Positions 6,207-6,408 of a stretch of 6,408 bases of DNA are shown one piece after another. A program made the position numbers and the translations under genes. Positions within the stretch are counted from its first letter, which is position 1, and every line of letters begins with the position of its first letter. The notes beneath the pieces are model-generated. The model was not told the DNA's origin and made no database searches. It worked only from the letters and a program-made list of their open reading frames with translations. The stretch is taken from sequence record OR791786.1; one strand, 5' to 3'. This DNA comes from Escherichia phage Copypasta.

Positions 6207-6390
6207 TTTCGCTTTCTTCCCTTCCTTTCTCGCCACGTTTGCCGGCTTTCCCCGTCAAGCTCTAAATCGGGGGCTCCCTTTAGGGTTCCGATTTAGTGCT
6301 TTACGGCACCTCGACCCCAAAAAACTTGATTTGGGTGATGGTTCACGTAGTGGGCCATCGCCCTGATAGACGGTTTTTCGCTCTTTGCCG
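6207..6390 (+). other. Minus-strand (complementary-strand) origin region: hairpins recognised by host RNA polymerase to make the RNA primer on the viral single strand
   Basis: Seen in sequence: multiple inverted repeats, for example ccccgtcaagctctaaatcgggg (stem ccccg/cgggg) and gggccatcgccc. Established knowledge: the Ff minus-origin lies between the packaging signal and the plus-origin. Boundaries are approximate. Confidence 0.65.
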
Positions 6391-6393
6391 TTG

Positions 6394-6408
6394 GAGTCCA
6401 CGTTCTTT
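6394..6408 (+). other. Plus-strand origin, upstream part: 5' arm (gagtccac) and loop of the nick-site hairpin; the presumed pII nick position coincides with the window end and start (ttcttt | aatagtgg)
   Basis: Seen in sequence: gagtccac at 6394..6401 is the reverse complement of gtggactc at 5..12 and the loop gttctttaata spans the junction. Established knowledge: pII nicks the viral strand within this loop; the exact phosphodiester bond is from memory and should be verified. Confidence 0.8.

Noticed and set aside
1-6408. Presence of a novel defence, toxin-antitoxin or otherwise undescribed system
   Set aside because: The entire sequence is accounted for by the eleven canonical Ff genes and the intergenic origin and packaging region; there is no unassigned coding capacity and no cargo genes.

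Overview
This 6408-nt window is a complete, circularly permuted genome of an Ff-class filamentous coliphage (Inovirus; fd/f1/M13 group), most consistent with fd. All eleven canonical genes are present on the + strand in the canonical order II(X)-V-VII-IX-VIII-III-VI-I(XI)-IV, with the expected protein lengths. The non-coding intergenic region (packaging signal, minus-strand origin, plus-strand origin) is split across the window ends: the last bases (…gagtccacgttcttt) and the first bases (aatagtggactc…) together form the plus-origin hairpin that carries the pII nick site. The fd assignment rests on pVIII carrying Asp at mature position 12 (Asn in M13/f1, as I recall), the pIII C-terminus [14 protein letters not shown], and the length of 6408 nt; these comparisons are from memory, not from a search. 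I find no evidence of a novel or undescribed system: every ORF of meaningful size is explained by a known Ff gene, and the remaining ORFs in the six-frame track are alternate-frame or minus-strand artefacts. The points worth a second look are small-scale: a possible Gly-to-Asp substitution in the second pIII glycine-rich linker, helically phased TTTAAC repeats in the AT-rich region between the origin and the gene II promoter, a perfect 9-bp hairpin inside gene I, and apparently dense substitutions in that AT-rich region relative to my recollection of M13/f1.
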